Assembly: GCA_963678585.2 (NCBI GenBank)
Contig: CAXXGA010000001.1
Span: forward strand, 518,228 to 582,227
Direction of reading: 5' to 3'
Source: Breoghania sp.
GTDB taxonomy: Bacteria; Pseudomonadota; Alphaproteobacteria; Rhizobiales; Stappiaceae
DNA length: 64,000 nucleotides
The translations under genes and the position numbers were made by a program. Positions 8,889-17,825 of this stretch are shown in pieces. The notes below the pieces were generated by a model, which worked only from the letters and a program-made list of their open reading frames with translations, was not told where the DNA came from and made no database searches. Every line of letters begins with the position of its first letter. The first letter of the stretch is position 1.

Positions 8889-9776
8889 ATGAGCAGCATC
8901 GCATTCATCGGCCTTGGCAATATGGGCCTGCCCATGGCCATCAATCTGGCCAAGGCGGGCCACAGCGTGACGGCCTTCGATACGGTGGCAGAGGCCGTCG
9001 CGAAAGCGGAAGCCGAAGGCATCAAGGCGGCGCCGGATGCTGCCTCCGCCGTGGCGGACGCCGAGTTCGTCGTCACCATGCTGCCGAACGGCCAGATCGT
9101 GCTGAAGGTCTACGAGGCAATCGTTCCCGCCGCCAAGGCGGGCGCGGTGCTGATCGACTGCTCCACCATCGACGTAGAAAGCGCGCGCAAGGCCCATGCG
9201 ATGTGCGATGCGGCGGGGCTCCTGTCGCTCGATGCGCCGGTTTCAGGCGGCACGGGCGGGGCGGCGGCAGGGACGCTGACCTTCATGACGGGCGGAAAAC
9301 GCGAAGCCTTCGACAAGGCGAGCCCGATCCTCGACGTGATGGGCGGCAAGCTCGTCTATTGCGGCGAAGGCGGTGCGGGACAGGCGGCCAAGATCTGCAA
9401 CAACATGCTGCTCGGCATTTCCATGATCGGGGCCTGCGAAGCCTTCGCACTGGCCGAAAAGCTCGGCCTTGACGCGCAGGCCGCCTTCGACGTGATCTCC
9501 ACTTCCTCAGGTTATTGCTGGTCGGTCAACACCTATTGCCCGGTTCCCGGCGTCGGCCCGCAAAGCCCCGCCGACAACGGCTACAAGCCCGGGTTTGCGG
9601 CCGAACTGATGGCGAAGGATCTGGGTCTTTCCCAACAGGCCGCAGACGGCACCGGTCAAGCGACGCCGATGGGCGCCCGCGCGCTGGAGCTTTACAGCCG
9701 CTTCCTTGAAGAAGGCGGCAAGGGCAAGGATTTCTCCGGCATGATCGAATATCTCAAAACCGCCTCGCGCGCGTAG
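8889..9776 (+). CDS. mmsB: 3-hydroxyisobutyrate dehydrogenase
   Basis: IAFIGLGNMGLPMA, DAPVSGG..GA.AGTLTFM.GG, AKICNNMLLG, YCPVPG, YKPGFAAELM.KDL. Confidence 0.9.
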   Translation: MSSIAFIGLGNMGLPMAINLAKAGHSVTAFDTVAEAVAKAEAEGIKAAPDAASAVADAEFVVTMLPNGQIVLKVYEAIVPAAKAGAVLIDCSTIDVESARKAHAMCDAAGLLSLDAPVSGGTGGAAAGTLTFMTGGKREAFDKASPILDVMGGKLVYCGEGGAGQAAKICNNMLLGISMIGACEAFALAEKLGLDAQAAFDVISTSSGYCWSVNTYCPVPGVGPQSPADNGYKPGFAAELMAKDLGLSQQAADGTGQATPMGARALELYSRFLEEGGKGKDFSGMIEYLKTASRA

Positions 9777-10311
9777 GTTCGCGGCACACGATCATGTGAG
9801 GTCACGGCAAACAGACCCGCATTTCGCAACCGGCTCCCGGCGTCTTGCCCGGGAGCCCCTTTCCGGCGTTCCGTTTTTCCCCGAAGACGACTTGCCGCAG
9901 AGATCCGTGCATTAGTCGCACGAGATCAAGCCCCCCCTCCACAAGCGCCCCGGCTTTTCCCGCCTCATGCGCGAACCCTCGCGGCGATACAGCCTGCGCA
10001 AATCGTTCTGTCCGCGACGGCAGTTTGCTCATCCCGCGCCGACGCAACTCGACAGTATTTTTGCCTAGTGTGCTAATTGTCTTGTTATGCTCTTCGTCTT
10101 TCTCCAGCCCCGCGACACAGATGTGAGCCGGAATTGACGGAAAGATTGACAATCATCAAAGTGCACATACTGCTATTTCCTGTTAGTTTTCGAAACAGTC
10201 ACTCAACCAGTTTGCAATCCAAGGAATTGTGCCCCGACGCGGAGGACACGATACTGCCCCACTCCCGCTCCCAGCGACCCGGGCAGAGACATGAGAATCG
10301 AGGGACGTCCA

Positions 10312-11568
10312 ATGACAAAGTTCAGGAAATTTCTGGCCGCAACAGCGGTTGCCGCATTCGCCCTGCCGGGCATCGCCAATGCAGATGGGACTGTCGAGGT
10401 TCTGCACTGGTGGACATCCGGCGGCGAGGCGAAGGCGGTCGGCGAACTGAAGAACGCGTTCGAGGCCGACGGCGGGAAGTGGATCGATTCCCCCATCGCC
10501 GGCGGCGGCGGGGATGCGGCCATGACTGCGCTTCGCGCCCGCGTGGTGTCCGGCAATCCTCCGACCGCGGTGCAGCTCAAGGGCCCCGGCATTCAGGAAT
10601 GGGCCGAGCTTGGTGCGCTCAACGATGTGCAGGACGTGGCCACGTCCGAGAACTGGGACGGCGTGCTGCCGCCCGCGCTTGCCGAGATCATGAAATATGA
10701 CGGCAAATACGTCGCCGCGCCGGTGAACATCCACCGCGTCGACTGGTTCTGGGCGAACCCGGAAGTGCTCGCCAAGGTCGGCGTCACCGACATGCCGCAG
10801 ACATGGGACGAGTTCAACGCCATCGCCGACAAGCTTCAGGCGGCCGGCATCACGCCGCTCGCCCACGGCGGCCAGCCCTGGCAGGACGCGACGCTGTTCG
10901 AGGACGTCGTGCTCGGCATCGGCGGGCCGGAATTCTTCCTGAAGGCGCTGGTGGAACTCGATCAGGATGCGCTGACCAGCGACACGATGATCAAGTCCTT
11001 CGACCAGCTCCGCAAGCTGCGCGGCTATGTGGACGCCAATTTCTCGGGCCGCGACTGGAACCTCGCAACCGCCATGGTGATGCGCGGCGAGGCCGGTTTC
11101 CAGATCATGGGCGACTGGGCCAAGGGTGAATTCCTCGCCGCCGGCAAGGTGCCGGGCAAGGACTTCGTCTGCGCGGCAACGCCGGGCAAGGGCTTCGTGC
11201 TCAATTCCGACAGCTTCACCTTCTTCAAGGTGTCGGGAGACGATCGCATCAAGGGCCAGAAGAAGCTCGCCAGCCTGATCATGTCGCCGAGCTTCCAGGA
11301 GACCTTCAACCTCGCCAAGGGATCGATCCCGGCCCGCACGGATGTCGCGCTCGACAAGTTCGACGCTTGCGCCAAGAAGTCCCACGAGGATCTGCTGGCG
11401 GCCATCGAGAGCAATTCGCTCGTGCCTTCCATGGCGCATGAAATGGCCGTTTCTCGCTCCGTGCGCGGCGAGTTCATGGATCTCGTGACCAACTTCTTCA
11501 ATTCCGACATGAGCTCTGAGGACGCGGTGAAGACGCTTGCCGCAGCCATCAAGCGGGCCCAGCAGTAG
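10312..11568 (+). CDS. Sugar ABC transporter substrate-binding protein (glucose/GtsA-like)
   Basis: Sec signal MTKFRKFLAATAVAAFALPGIANA; EVLHWWTSGGE, APVNIHR.DW.W.N, HGGQPWQDATLF, QIMGDWAKGEF, PSMAH. Confidence 0.88.
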   Translation: MTKFRKFLAATAVAAFALPGIANADGTVEVLHWWTSGGEAKAVGELKNAFEADGGKWIDSPIAGGGGDAAMTALRARVVSGNPPTAVQLKGPGIQEWAELGALNDVQDVATSENWDGVLPPALAEIMKYDGKYVAAPVNIHRVDWFWANPEVLAKVGVTDMPQTWDEFNAIADKLQAAGITPLAHGGQPWQDATLFEDVVLGIGGPEFFLKALVELDQDALTSDTMIKSFDQLRKLRGYVDANFSGRDWNLATAMVMRGEAGFQIMGDWAKGEFLAAGKVPGKDFVCAATPGKGFVLNSDSFTFFKVSGDDRIKGQKKLASLIMSPSFQETFNLAKGSIPARTDVALDKFDACAKKSHEDLLAAIESNSLVPSMAHEMAVSRSVRGEFMDLVTNFFNSDMSSEDAVKTLAAAIKRAQQ

Positions 11569-11586
11569 GATACGTCCCGGTATCAG

Positions 11587-11617
11587 GAGCCGGCGCGTCT
11601 CGACGCGCCGGCTCTTT
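11587..11617 (+). other. Intercistronic stem-loop after the sugar-binding protein gene
   Basis: 13-bp perfect inverted repeat GAGCCGGCGCGTC / GACGCGCCGGCTC followed by TTT. Confidence 0.65.
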
Positions 11618-11648
11618 CGTCTGCCGTTTTTGAATCTCGCGGGGGGAG

Positions 11649-12530
11649 ATGTTCTCGATGGGACGCCTCATGGAGCGATGGCTGCCGAAACTGGTGGTTT
11701 CTCCACTGTTCGCAGTCAGCCTTTTCTTCGTCTACGGCTTCATCGCCTGGACGCTCTACATCTCGTTCACCCGCTCCGGCATCCTGCCGAACTACGATCT
11801 GGCGGGACTGATCCAGTACACGCGGCTGTGGCAGACGCCGCGCTGGTACGTGGCGCTGGCGAACCTCTTCGTCTTCTCCGCACTCTTCATCGGGGTCTGC
11901 ACGATCATCGGCATCATCCTCGCCATTTTGCTGGACCAGCGCATCCGGGCGGAGGGCGCGATCCGCACAGTCTTCCTCTACCCGATGGCGCTTTCCTTCA
12001 TCGTCACGGGAACGGCGTGGAAGTGGATCCTCAATCCCGGCCTCGGGCTTGAAAAGGTCGTCCACGGTTTCGGCTTCACCGACTTCCGTTTCGACTGGCT
12101 GGTCAATCCGGATATGGCCATCTACACGGTGGTGATCGCGGGCGTGTGGCAATCGTCGGGCTATGCGATGGCGCTGTTTCTGGCTGGCCTTCGCTCCGTC
12201 GACGACGACGTTCTGAAGGCGGCCGCCATCGACGGAGCCGGGCCCTGGCGCACCTATACGCGCATCGTTTTGCCGAACCTGAGGCCGGTGTTCCTGTCGG
12301 TCTTCATCATTCTGGCGCACCTCTCCATCAAGAGCTTCGACCTCGTCATCGCGCTCACCAACGGCGGGCCGGGATATGCCACCGACATGCCCGCAACCTT
12401 CATGTACGCCTTCGCCTTCCAGCGTTCCGAACTGGGGACCGCGGCGGCAAGCGCGGTGATGATGCTGGCGACGATCCTGGCGATCATCGTTCCCTATCTC
12501 TATTCGGAACTGAGGGAGGCGAAACGATGA
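11649..12530 (+). CDS. Sugar ABC transporter permease
   Basis: Hydrophobic; LYPMALSFIVTG.AWKW, EAA-loop variant LKAAAIDGAG, DLVIALTNGGPG. Confidence 0.9.
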   Translation: MFSMGRLMERWLPKLVVSPLFAVSLFFVYGFIAWTLYISFTRSGILPNYDLAGLIQYTRLWQTPRWYVALANLFVFSALFIGVCTIIGIILAILLDQRIRAEGAIRTVFLYPMALSFIVTGTAWKWILNPGLGLEKVVHGFGFTDFRFDWLVNPDMAIYTVVIAGVWQSSGYAMALFLAGLRSVDDDVLKAAAIDGAGPWRTYTRIVLPNLRPVFLSVFIILAHLSIKSFDLVIALTNGGPGYATDMPATFMYAFAFQRSELGTAAASAVMMLATILAIIVPYLYSELREAKR

Positions 12531-13420
12531 GCAACGAACCGGCTCCGGGCATCGTGCGCGCAAGGGGCAGCACGCAGATTTTCCTGCGATATCTGCTCTA
12601 TGCGCTGCTCGCCCTCTTCTGCCTCTACTATCTGACACCGCTTTTCGTGATGGTGACGACGTCTCTGAAAAGCGTCGACGAGATCCGGCAGGGCTCGCTC
12701 ATCGCGCTACCGCAGGCACCCAGTCTCGCCGCATGGACGAAGGCGTGGGACACGGCCTGCGTGGGCGTGCGCTGCGACGGGCTGAAGCCCTATTTCTGGA
12801 ACTCCATCGTCATGGTCGTTCCCGCCGTTCTGCTGTCGTCCTTTCTCGGTGCGCTCAACGGCTACGCGCTCACCAAGTGGCGCTTTCGCGGCGCGAACGT
12901 CATCTTCGCGCTGATGCTGTTCGGGGCCTTCATCCCGTTTCAGGTGGTGCTGCTGCCAATGGCCCGGACACTCGGCGCGCTGGGGCTGGCGGGATCGGTC
13001 TTCGGACTGATCCTCGTCCACACGGTCTATGGCCTCGCCTTTTCGACGCTGTTCTTCCGAAACTTCTTCGTCGGCGTCTCCGACAGCATCGTCAACGCGG
13101 CCAAGATCGACGGGGCGGGCTTCTTCCGCATCTTCTTCGCGATCATGATGCCGATGGCCCTTCCGGCCATGGTCGTGACCATCATCTGGCAGTTCACCCA
13201 GATCTGGAACGACTTCCTGTTCGGCGTCGCCTTCACCATCGGCGACAGCAACCCGCTGACCGTTGCGCTGAACAACCTCGTCAACACCTCCACGGGCGTG
13301 AAGGAATACAACGTCGACATGGCAGCCGCGATCATCGCCGCGCTGCCGACGCTTCTCGTCTACATCATTGCAGGCAAATATTTCGTCCGCGGTCTGGCCG
13401 CCGGCGCTGTGAAAGAATAG
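12527..13420 (+). CDS. Sugar ABC transporter permease
   Basis: ATGA overlap; TSLKS..EI, NAAKIDGAG, WQFTQIWNDFLFG, AALPTLLVY..AGKYFVRGL. Confidence 0.9.
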   Translation: MSNEPAPGIVRARGSTQIFLRYLLYALLALFCLYYLTPLFVMVTTSLKSVDEIRQGSLIALPQAPSLAAWTKAWDTACVGVRCDGLKPYFWNSIVMVVPAVLLSSFLGALNGYALTKWRFRGANVIFALMLFGAFIPFQVVLLPMARTLGALGLAGSVFGLILVHTVYGLAFSTLFFRNFFVGVSDSIVNAAKIDGAGFFRIFFAIMMPMALPAMVVTIIWQFTQIWNDFLFGVAFTIGDSNPLTVALNNLVNTSTGVKEYNVDMAAAIIAALPTLLVYIIAGKYFVRGLAAGAVKE

Positions 13421-13432
13421 GCAACGCGAACC

Positions 13433-14539
13433 ATGGCCAGCATCAGCCTTCAAGACATCTGGAAACGCTTCTCCGGCGTGGAGGTTCTCAAGGGCATCGA
13501 CCTTGAGATCGAGGACGGGGAATTCGTCGTGCTCGTCGGCCCCTCGGGCTGCGGGAAGTCCACCCTGCTCAATCTCATCTCGGGGCTTGAGACGATCTCG
13601 TCGGGCCAGATCGTGATCGGGGACAGGACCGTCAACGACATCCCGCCGAAGGATCGCGACATCGCACTGGTGTTCCAGTCCTATGCGCTTTACCCGACCA
13701 AGACGGTGGAGGACAACATCACCTTCGGGATGCAGACCCGCAAGGTGCCGCAGGCTGAACAGAAGGCGGCGCTGGCGGAGGTCTCCGGCATGCTGCATAT
13801 CGATCATCTTCTTGAGCGCAAACCCGGCCAGTTGTCGGGCGGCCAGCGCCAGCGCGTCGCCATGGGCCGGGCGCTGGTGCGCAAGCCGGAAGTGTTTCTC
13901 TTCGACGAGCCACTTTCCAATCTCGACGCCAAGCTGCGCATCGAGATGCGCACCGAGATCAAGAAGCTGCACCAGCGCCTCGGCAAGACCATCGTCTATG
14001 TGACCCACGACCAGATCGAGGCCATGACGCTGGCCAGCCGGATCGCGGTGATGGACAACGGCCATATCCGCCAGTTCGCCGATCCCAAGACGATCTATGA
14101 GGAGCCGGTCGATCTCTTCGTGGCCGGTTTCATGGGCTCGCCGCCGATGAACATGCTGCCGGGCACGCTTCTGCGCGACGGAGATCTGTTCGTCGTGCCC
14201 GACGGGGCCGGTCCGGGGCTTCGCTTCCCGTTGCCCGCAGACATCGCAGGCCGCGTCACGGCCGAAGACGGGCACGAGGTGATGCTCGGCATGCGGCCGG
14301 AGACGATCTTTGCCGCGGGAACCGAGCTTCCCGGTCCGGACCGTTTCGTCTTCGAACGCCCTGTGGAGGTGATCGAGCCGACGGGGCCGGACACGATGCT
14401 GGTCTTCACCATCGGGGAGACGGAGCTTTTCGCGCGCGTCCGTCCGCAGGATGCGGGTGCACAAGACGCACCGTTCCGCTTCGAGGTCGAGATGTCCAAG
14501 GCGAAGCTGTTTGACCGCAAAACGGGCTTGCGACTTTAG
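13433..14539 (+). CDS. Sugar ABC transporter ATP-binding protein (MalK family)
   Basis: [46 protein letters not shown]-terminal TOBE-like region. Confidence 0.93.
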   Translation: MASISLQDIWKRFSGVEVLKGIDLEIEDGEFVVLVGPSGCGKSTLLNLISGLETISSGQIVIGDRTVNDIPPKDRDIALVFQSYALYPTKTVEDNITFGMQTRKVPQAEQKAALAEVSGMLHIDHLLERKPGQLSGGQRQRVAMGRALVRKPEVFLFDEPLSNLDAKLRIEMRTEIKKLHQRLGKTIVYVTHDQIEAMTLASRIAVMDNGHIRQFADPKTIYEEPVDLFVAGFMGSPPMNMLPGTLLRDGDLFVVPDGAGPGLRFPLPADIAGRVTAEDGHEVMLGMRPETIFAAGTELPGPDRFVFERPVEVIEPTGPDTMLVFTIGETELFARVRPQDAGAQDAPFRFEVEMSKAKLFDRKTGLRL

Positions 14540-14599
14540 AGGGCATCGGTGAATCTGCCGATCCTGCCCTCTTGCCCACCAGTTTGCCGAAGACCCCGC

Positions 14600-15142
14600 A
14601 TGATCAAGACACGCCCTCTCGTCCCTGAGGCCTTCGCCCCCTTCGGTCAGGTCCTGCGCAGCGGTGCGGGCGATACGAAGATGATCCGCGACGGGCAGGT
14701 CCTCATGACCAAGACGCTCGCAGAGGTCGACCATGAGCCTGAGGGCAGCGATTTCGCCATCGACTTTCATGACGTACCCGCGCTGTCCGGTCCGCTCGTC
14801 ATACGGGAGGCGGAACGGCACCTGCAGTCGGCGCAGGTCTTCGTGCCGGTAAACGCCTCGCGCTACCTCGTTGTCGTATGGCCGGGAGACCCCGGCCCCG
14901 GCGTGGAGCCCATCGCCTTCATCGCGGGCGCGCAGGACGTGATCGTCTACAATCCCGGCACCTGGCATCACGGCATCGTGGCGCTCGACCGGCGCGCGGT
15001 GTTCACCTCGCTTTTCTGGCGGCCCAATGACGGGCGACCCGACACGATCTTCCAGACGCTGCAAGAGCCCATCAAGGTGGACTGGATGTCCATGCCCGCA
15101 GATCTCAGCGGGCGCGAAGAAAGCGCCTTCGGCGGGTGGTGA
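14600..15142 (+). CDS. Ureidoglycolate lyase (AllA)-family protein
   Basis: PL..EAFAPFGQV, ERH...QVFVP, YLVVV, Y.PGTWHH cupin motifs of the AllA family. Confidence 0.7.
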   Translation: MIKTRPLVPEAFAPFGQVLRSGAGDTKMIRDGQVLMTKTLAEVDHEPEGSDFAIDFHDVPALSGPLVIREAERHLQSAQVFVPVNASRYLVVVWPGDPGPGVEPIAFIAGAQDVIVYNPGTWHHGIVALDRRAVFTSLFWRPNDGRPDTIFQTLQEPIKVDWMSMPADLSGREESAFGGW

Positions 15143-15349
15143 AACCTCACCCTCGCCCGCTGACCGGCAGAAGCTGAGTCGTTTTCTCCCCAACCATCTG
15201 CGCGAACGTCGTCGGATGACGCTGCGGATTCACCGTCTCGGCGAAATGCCGGAACGTGCAGACATCGTCACACTTGATCTGGCGGCGGGTATTGGGGAAA
15301 ACGAGTGCCACAGGCGCTTCCACGCCCCTCCCCAATCCGGAACGGTTTC

Positions 15350-16645
15350 ATGGTCGATCTTCTCATTCGCAACGCCAACCTGCCCGACGGGCGGGAGGGC
15401 ATGGACATTGCTGTCACGAACGGCCTCATCACCGCCGTCGAACATGACATTCCCACCGAGGCGGGAAGCGTGGTGGAAGCCGACCGGTGCCTCGTCACCC
15501 CGCCCTTCGTCGACCCGCATTTCCACATGGATGCGACCCTGTCTCTCGGGCTGCCGCGGATGAACGTCTCCGGCACCTTGCTTGAGGGTATTTCGCTGTG
15601 GGGCGAGCTGCGCCCCATGCTGAGCCGGGAAGCGGTGGTCGAACGCGCACTCAAATATTGCGATCTCGCTGTCTCGCAGGGGCTTCTGGCCATCCGCTCG
15701 CATGTGGACGTATCCGATCCGAAGCTCGTCACCGTGGAAGCGCTGCTTGAGGTTCGCGAGAAGGTCGCGCCCTATATCGACCTGCAGCTCGTCGCCTTCC
15801 CGCAGGACGGCTACTACCGCTGCCCGGAGGCTGCCGATGCGCTGACCCGCGCGCTCGATATGGGCGTCGACGTGGTGGGCGGCATCCCGCATTTCGAGCG
15901 CACCATGGAAGAGGGCCGCAAGTCGGTGGAGGCGCTGTGCCGGATCGCGGCGGAACGCGGGCTTCGCGTCGATATGCATTGCGACGAGAGCGACGATCCA
16001 ATGTCGCGCCACATCGAAACGCTGACGGCGGAAACCGTGCGCCACGGACTTCAGGGCCGGGTGGCCGGTTCGCACCTCACCTCCATGCACTCCATGGACA
16101 ACTACTACGTCTCCAAGCTCATCCCGCTGATGGCGGAGGCGCAGATACACGCCATCCCGAACCCGCTCATCAACATCATGCTTCAGGGGCGGCACGACAC
16201 CTACCCCAAGCGCCGCGGCATGACCCGTGTGCGCGAACTGATGGAAGCCGGGATCAACGTCGCCTTCGGCCACGACTGCGTGATGGACCCCTGGTACTCG
16301 ATGGGCTCCGGCGACATGCTGGAAGTCGCCCATATGGCGGTTCACGTGGGGCAGATGGCTTCCATGGAGGATCGCCGCAAGCTCTTCGACGCCGTCACGG
16401 TCAACTCCGCCCGCGTCATGGGACTTGAAGGCTACGGACTGGAGCCGGGCTGCAACGCCGACATGGTGATCCTGCAGGCGCGCGATCCGCTGGAGGCCCT
16501 GCGCCTTAAGGCGACGCGGCTGGCGGTGATCAGACGTGGCAAGCTGATTGCCAGAACACTGCCGCGGGTGGCCAGCCTCAACATTCCCGGGAGGCCGGAT
16601 ATGGTCGACCCTGCAAGTTACGCCCCTGGCGCGGGCGACGAATAG
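15350..16645 (+). CDS. codA: Cytosine deaminase (CodA)-family amidohydrolase
   Basis: PFVDPHFHMD, VAFPQDG, GGIPHFE, MHCDE, GSHLTS, GHDCVMDPWY. Confidence 0.9.
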   Translation: MVDLLIRNANLPDGREGMDIAVTNGLITAVEHDIPTEAGSVVEADRCLVTPPFVDPHFHMDATLSLGLPRMNVSGTLLEGISLWGELRPMLSREAVVERALKYCDLAVSQGLLAIRSHVDVSDPKLVTVEALLEVREKVAPYIDLQLVAFPQDGYYRCPEAADALTRALDMGVDVVGGIPHFERTMEEGRKSVEALCRIAAERGLRVDMHCDESDDPMSRHIETLTAETVRHGLQGRVAGSHLTSMHSMDNYYVSKLIPLMAEAQIHAIPNPLINIMLQGRHDTYPKRRGMTRVRELMEAGINVAFGHDCVMDPWYSMGSGDMLEVAHMAVHVGQMASMEDRRKLFDAVTVNSARVMGLEGYGLEPGCNADMVILQARDPLEALRLKATRLAVIRRGKLIARTLPRVASLNIPGRPDMVDPASYAPGAGDE

Positions 16646-16714
16646 CCGCCGCTTTCTGCGGCGATCTCGCTGTGCATGACGCTTTTCTATGCAGTGGCTT
16701 GACTTGACAAATTT

Positions 16715-16730
16715 TTGAGCAACCGGTCAA
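16715..16730. promoter_or_regulatory. RutR-like operator
   Basis: TTGAGCAACCGGTCAA matches the 16-bp RutR consensus TTGACCANNTGGTCAA with 2 mismatches; lies just downstream of a TTGACA hexamer, upstream of a nucleoside ABC operon. Confidence 0.55.
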
Positions 16731-16787
16731 GATCACGCTCGACAACAGGCGGCCAGAAGGTCCGCCGCAAACCGGGGAAATAGGGAT

Positions 16788-17789
16788 ATGGCGATCCTGA
16801 ATTCAATGACACGCCGCCGCGTACTTGCGGCCGGTGCAGCACTTGGCGCAGGCCTTGCGGTGACCGTTGCCGGTCACGGCGCAGCCTTTGCCGCCGACGT
16901 TCTCAAGGTTGCGGGCATTCATGCCTCGCCGGTGGAGAACGCCTGGAACTCGCGTCTTCACGAAGCTCTGCTGGCAGCCGCGAAGGACGGTGTCATCGAG
17001 TATGAATTCTCCGAAGGCATTTCCGGCACTGACTACCCGCGCGCCATGCGCGAATATGCGGAAAAGGGCGTCGATCTGGTGATCGGCGAATCCTATGCGG
17101 TCGAACGCGAAGCGCGTCAGGTCGCCAAGGACTATCCGAACGTGGCCTTCGTGATGGGCTCCTCGGGCGAGGCCTCCGGCGACAATTTCGGCGTCTTCGG
17201 CACGTGGAACCACGACGGCGCGTATCTCGCGGGCATGCTGGCCGGCAAGATGACGAAGACCAACATCGTCGGCTCCGTCGGCGCGATCCCGATCCCGGAA
17301 GTCAATCAGCTCATCAACGCCTTCAATGCGGGCGTGAAGGAAGTGAACCCGGAAGCCAAGACGCTCGTCTCCTTCATCGGCACCTTCTTCGATCCCCCGA
17401 AGGCGCGTGAAGCGGGTCTTGCCGAAATCGACGCGGGCGCGGATATCCTGTTCGGCGAGCGCATCGGCACGGCGGATGCCGCCAAGGAGCGCGGCATCAA
17501 GGCCGTCGGCTCGCTGATCGACTACACCGACCGCTATCCCGACACCGTCTTCGCCAATGCCATGTGGTACTTCCGCCCGATCCTCGATGCGGCCATCGCG
17601 GACGTGAAGGCCGGCAAGCCGGTCGGCAAGAACTACACCGCCTACGGCCTGATGAAGGACGGTGGTTCCGACATCGTCTACACCAAGGGCGTTGCGCCTG
17701 CAGATGCCGAAGCGGCGATGGAGAAGCGCCGCGCCGAGATCAAGGCCGGCACCTTCGAGGTTCCGCGCGACATCAGCGAACCGAAGTAA
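16788..17789 (+). CDS. BMP/PnrA-family nucleoside ABC transporter substrate-binding protein
   Basis: Tat-like TRRRVLAAG signal; YLAGMLAGKMTKTNIVGSVG, FNAGVKEVNP, GADIL motifs. Confidence 0.88.
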   Translation: MAILNSMTRRRVLAAGAALGAGLAVTVAGHGAAFAADVLKVAGIHASPVENAWNSRLHEALLAAAKDGVIEYEFSEGISGTDYPRAMREYAEKGVDLVIGESYAVEREARQVAKDYPNVAFVMGSSGEASGDNFGVFGTWNHDGAYLAGMLAGKMTKTNIVGSVGAIPIPEVNQLINAFNAGVKEVNPEAKTLVSFIGTFFDPPKAREAGLAEIDAGADILFGERIGTADAAKERGIKAVGSLIDYTDRYPDTVFANAMWYFRPILDAAIADVKAGKPVGKNYTAYGLMKDGGSDIVYTKGVAPADAEAAMEKRRAEIKAGTFEVPRDISEPK

Positions 17790-17825
17790 GACACAGCCGT
17801 TTGAGGCTTGAGGGTCACTGAGACC

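Noticed and set aside
9802-10152. 116-aa minus-strand ORF in the mmsB/sugar ABC gap
   Set aside because: TTG-type start inside the AT-rich promoter region, no SD or recognisable motif
12707-15193. 828-aa antisense ORF, and similar long shadow ORFs (19016-20854, 23607-25358, 30514-32619, 42411-44000, 48124-50061)
   Set aside because: They lie opposite well-supported genes, have no recognisable motifs, and are expected from high-GC codon bias (few antisense stops)
15216-15563. ORF starting MTLRIHRLGEMPERADIVTLD, faintly UreE-like
   Set aside because: No SD, similarity does not continue, and it overlaps codA out of frame by over 200 nt
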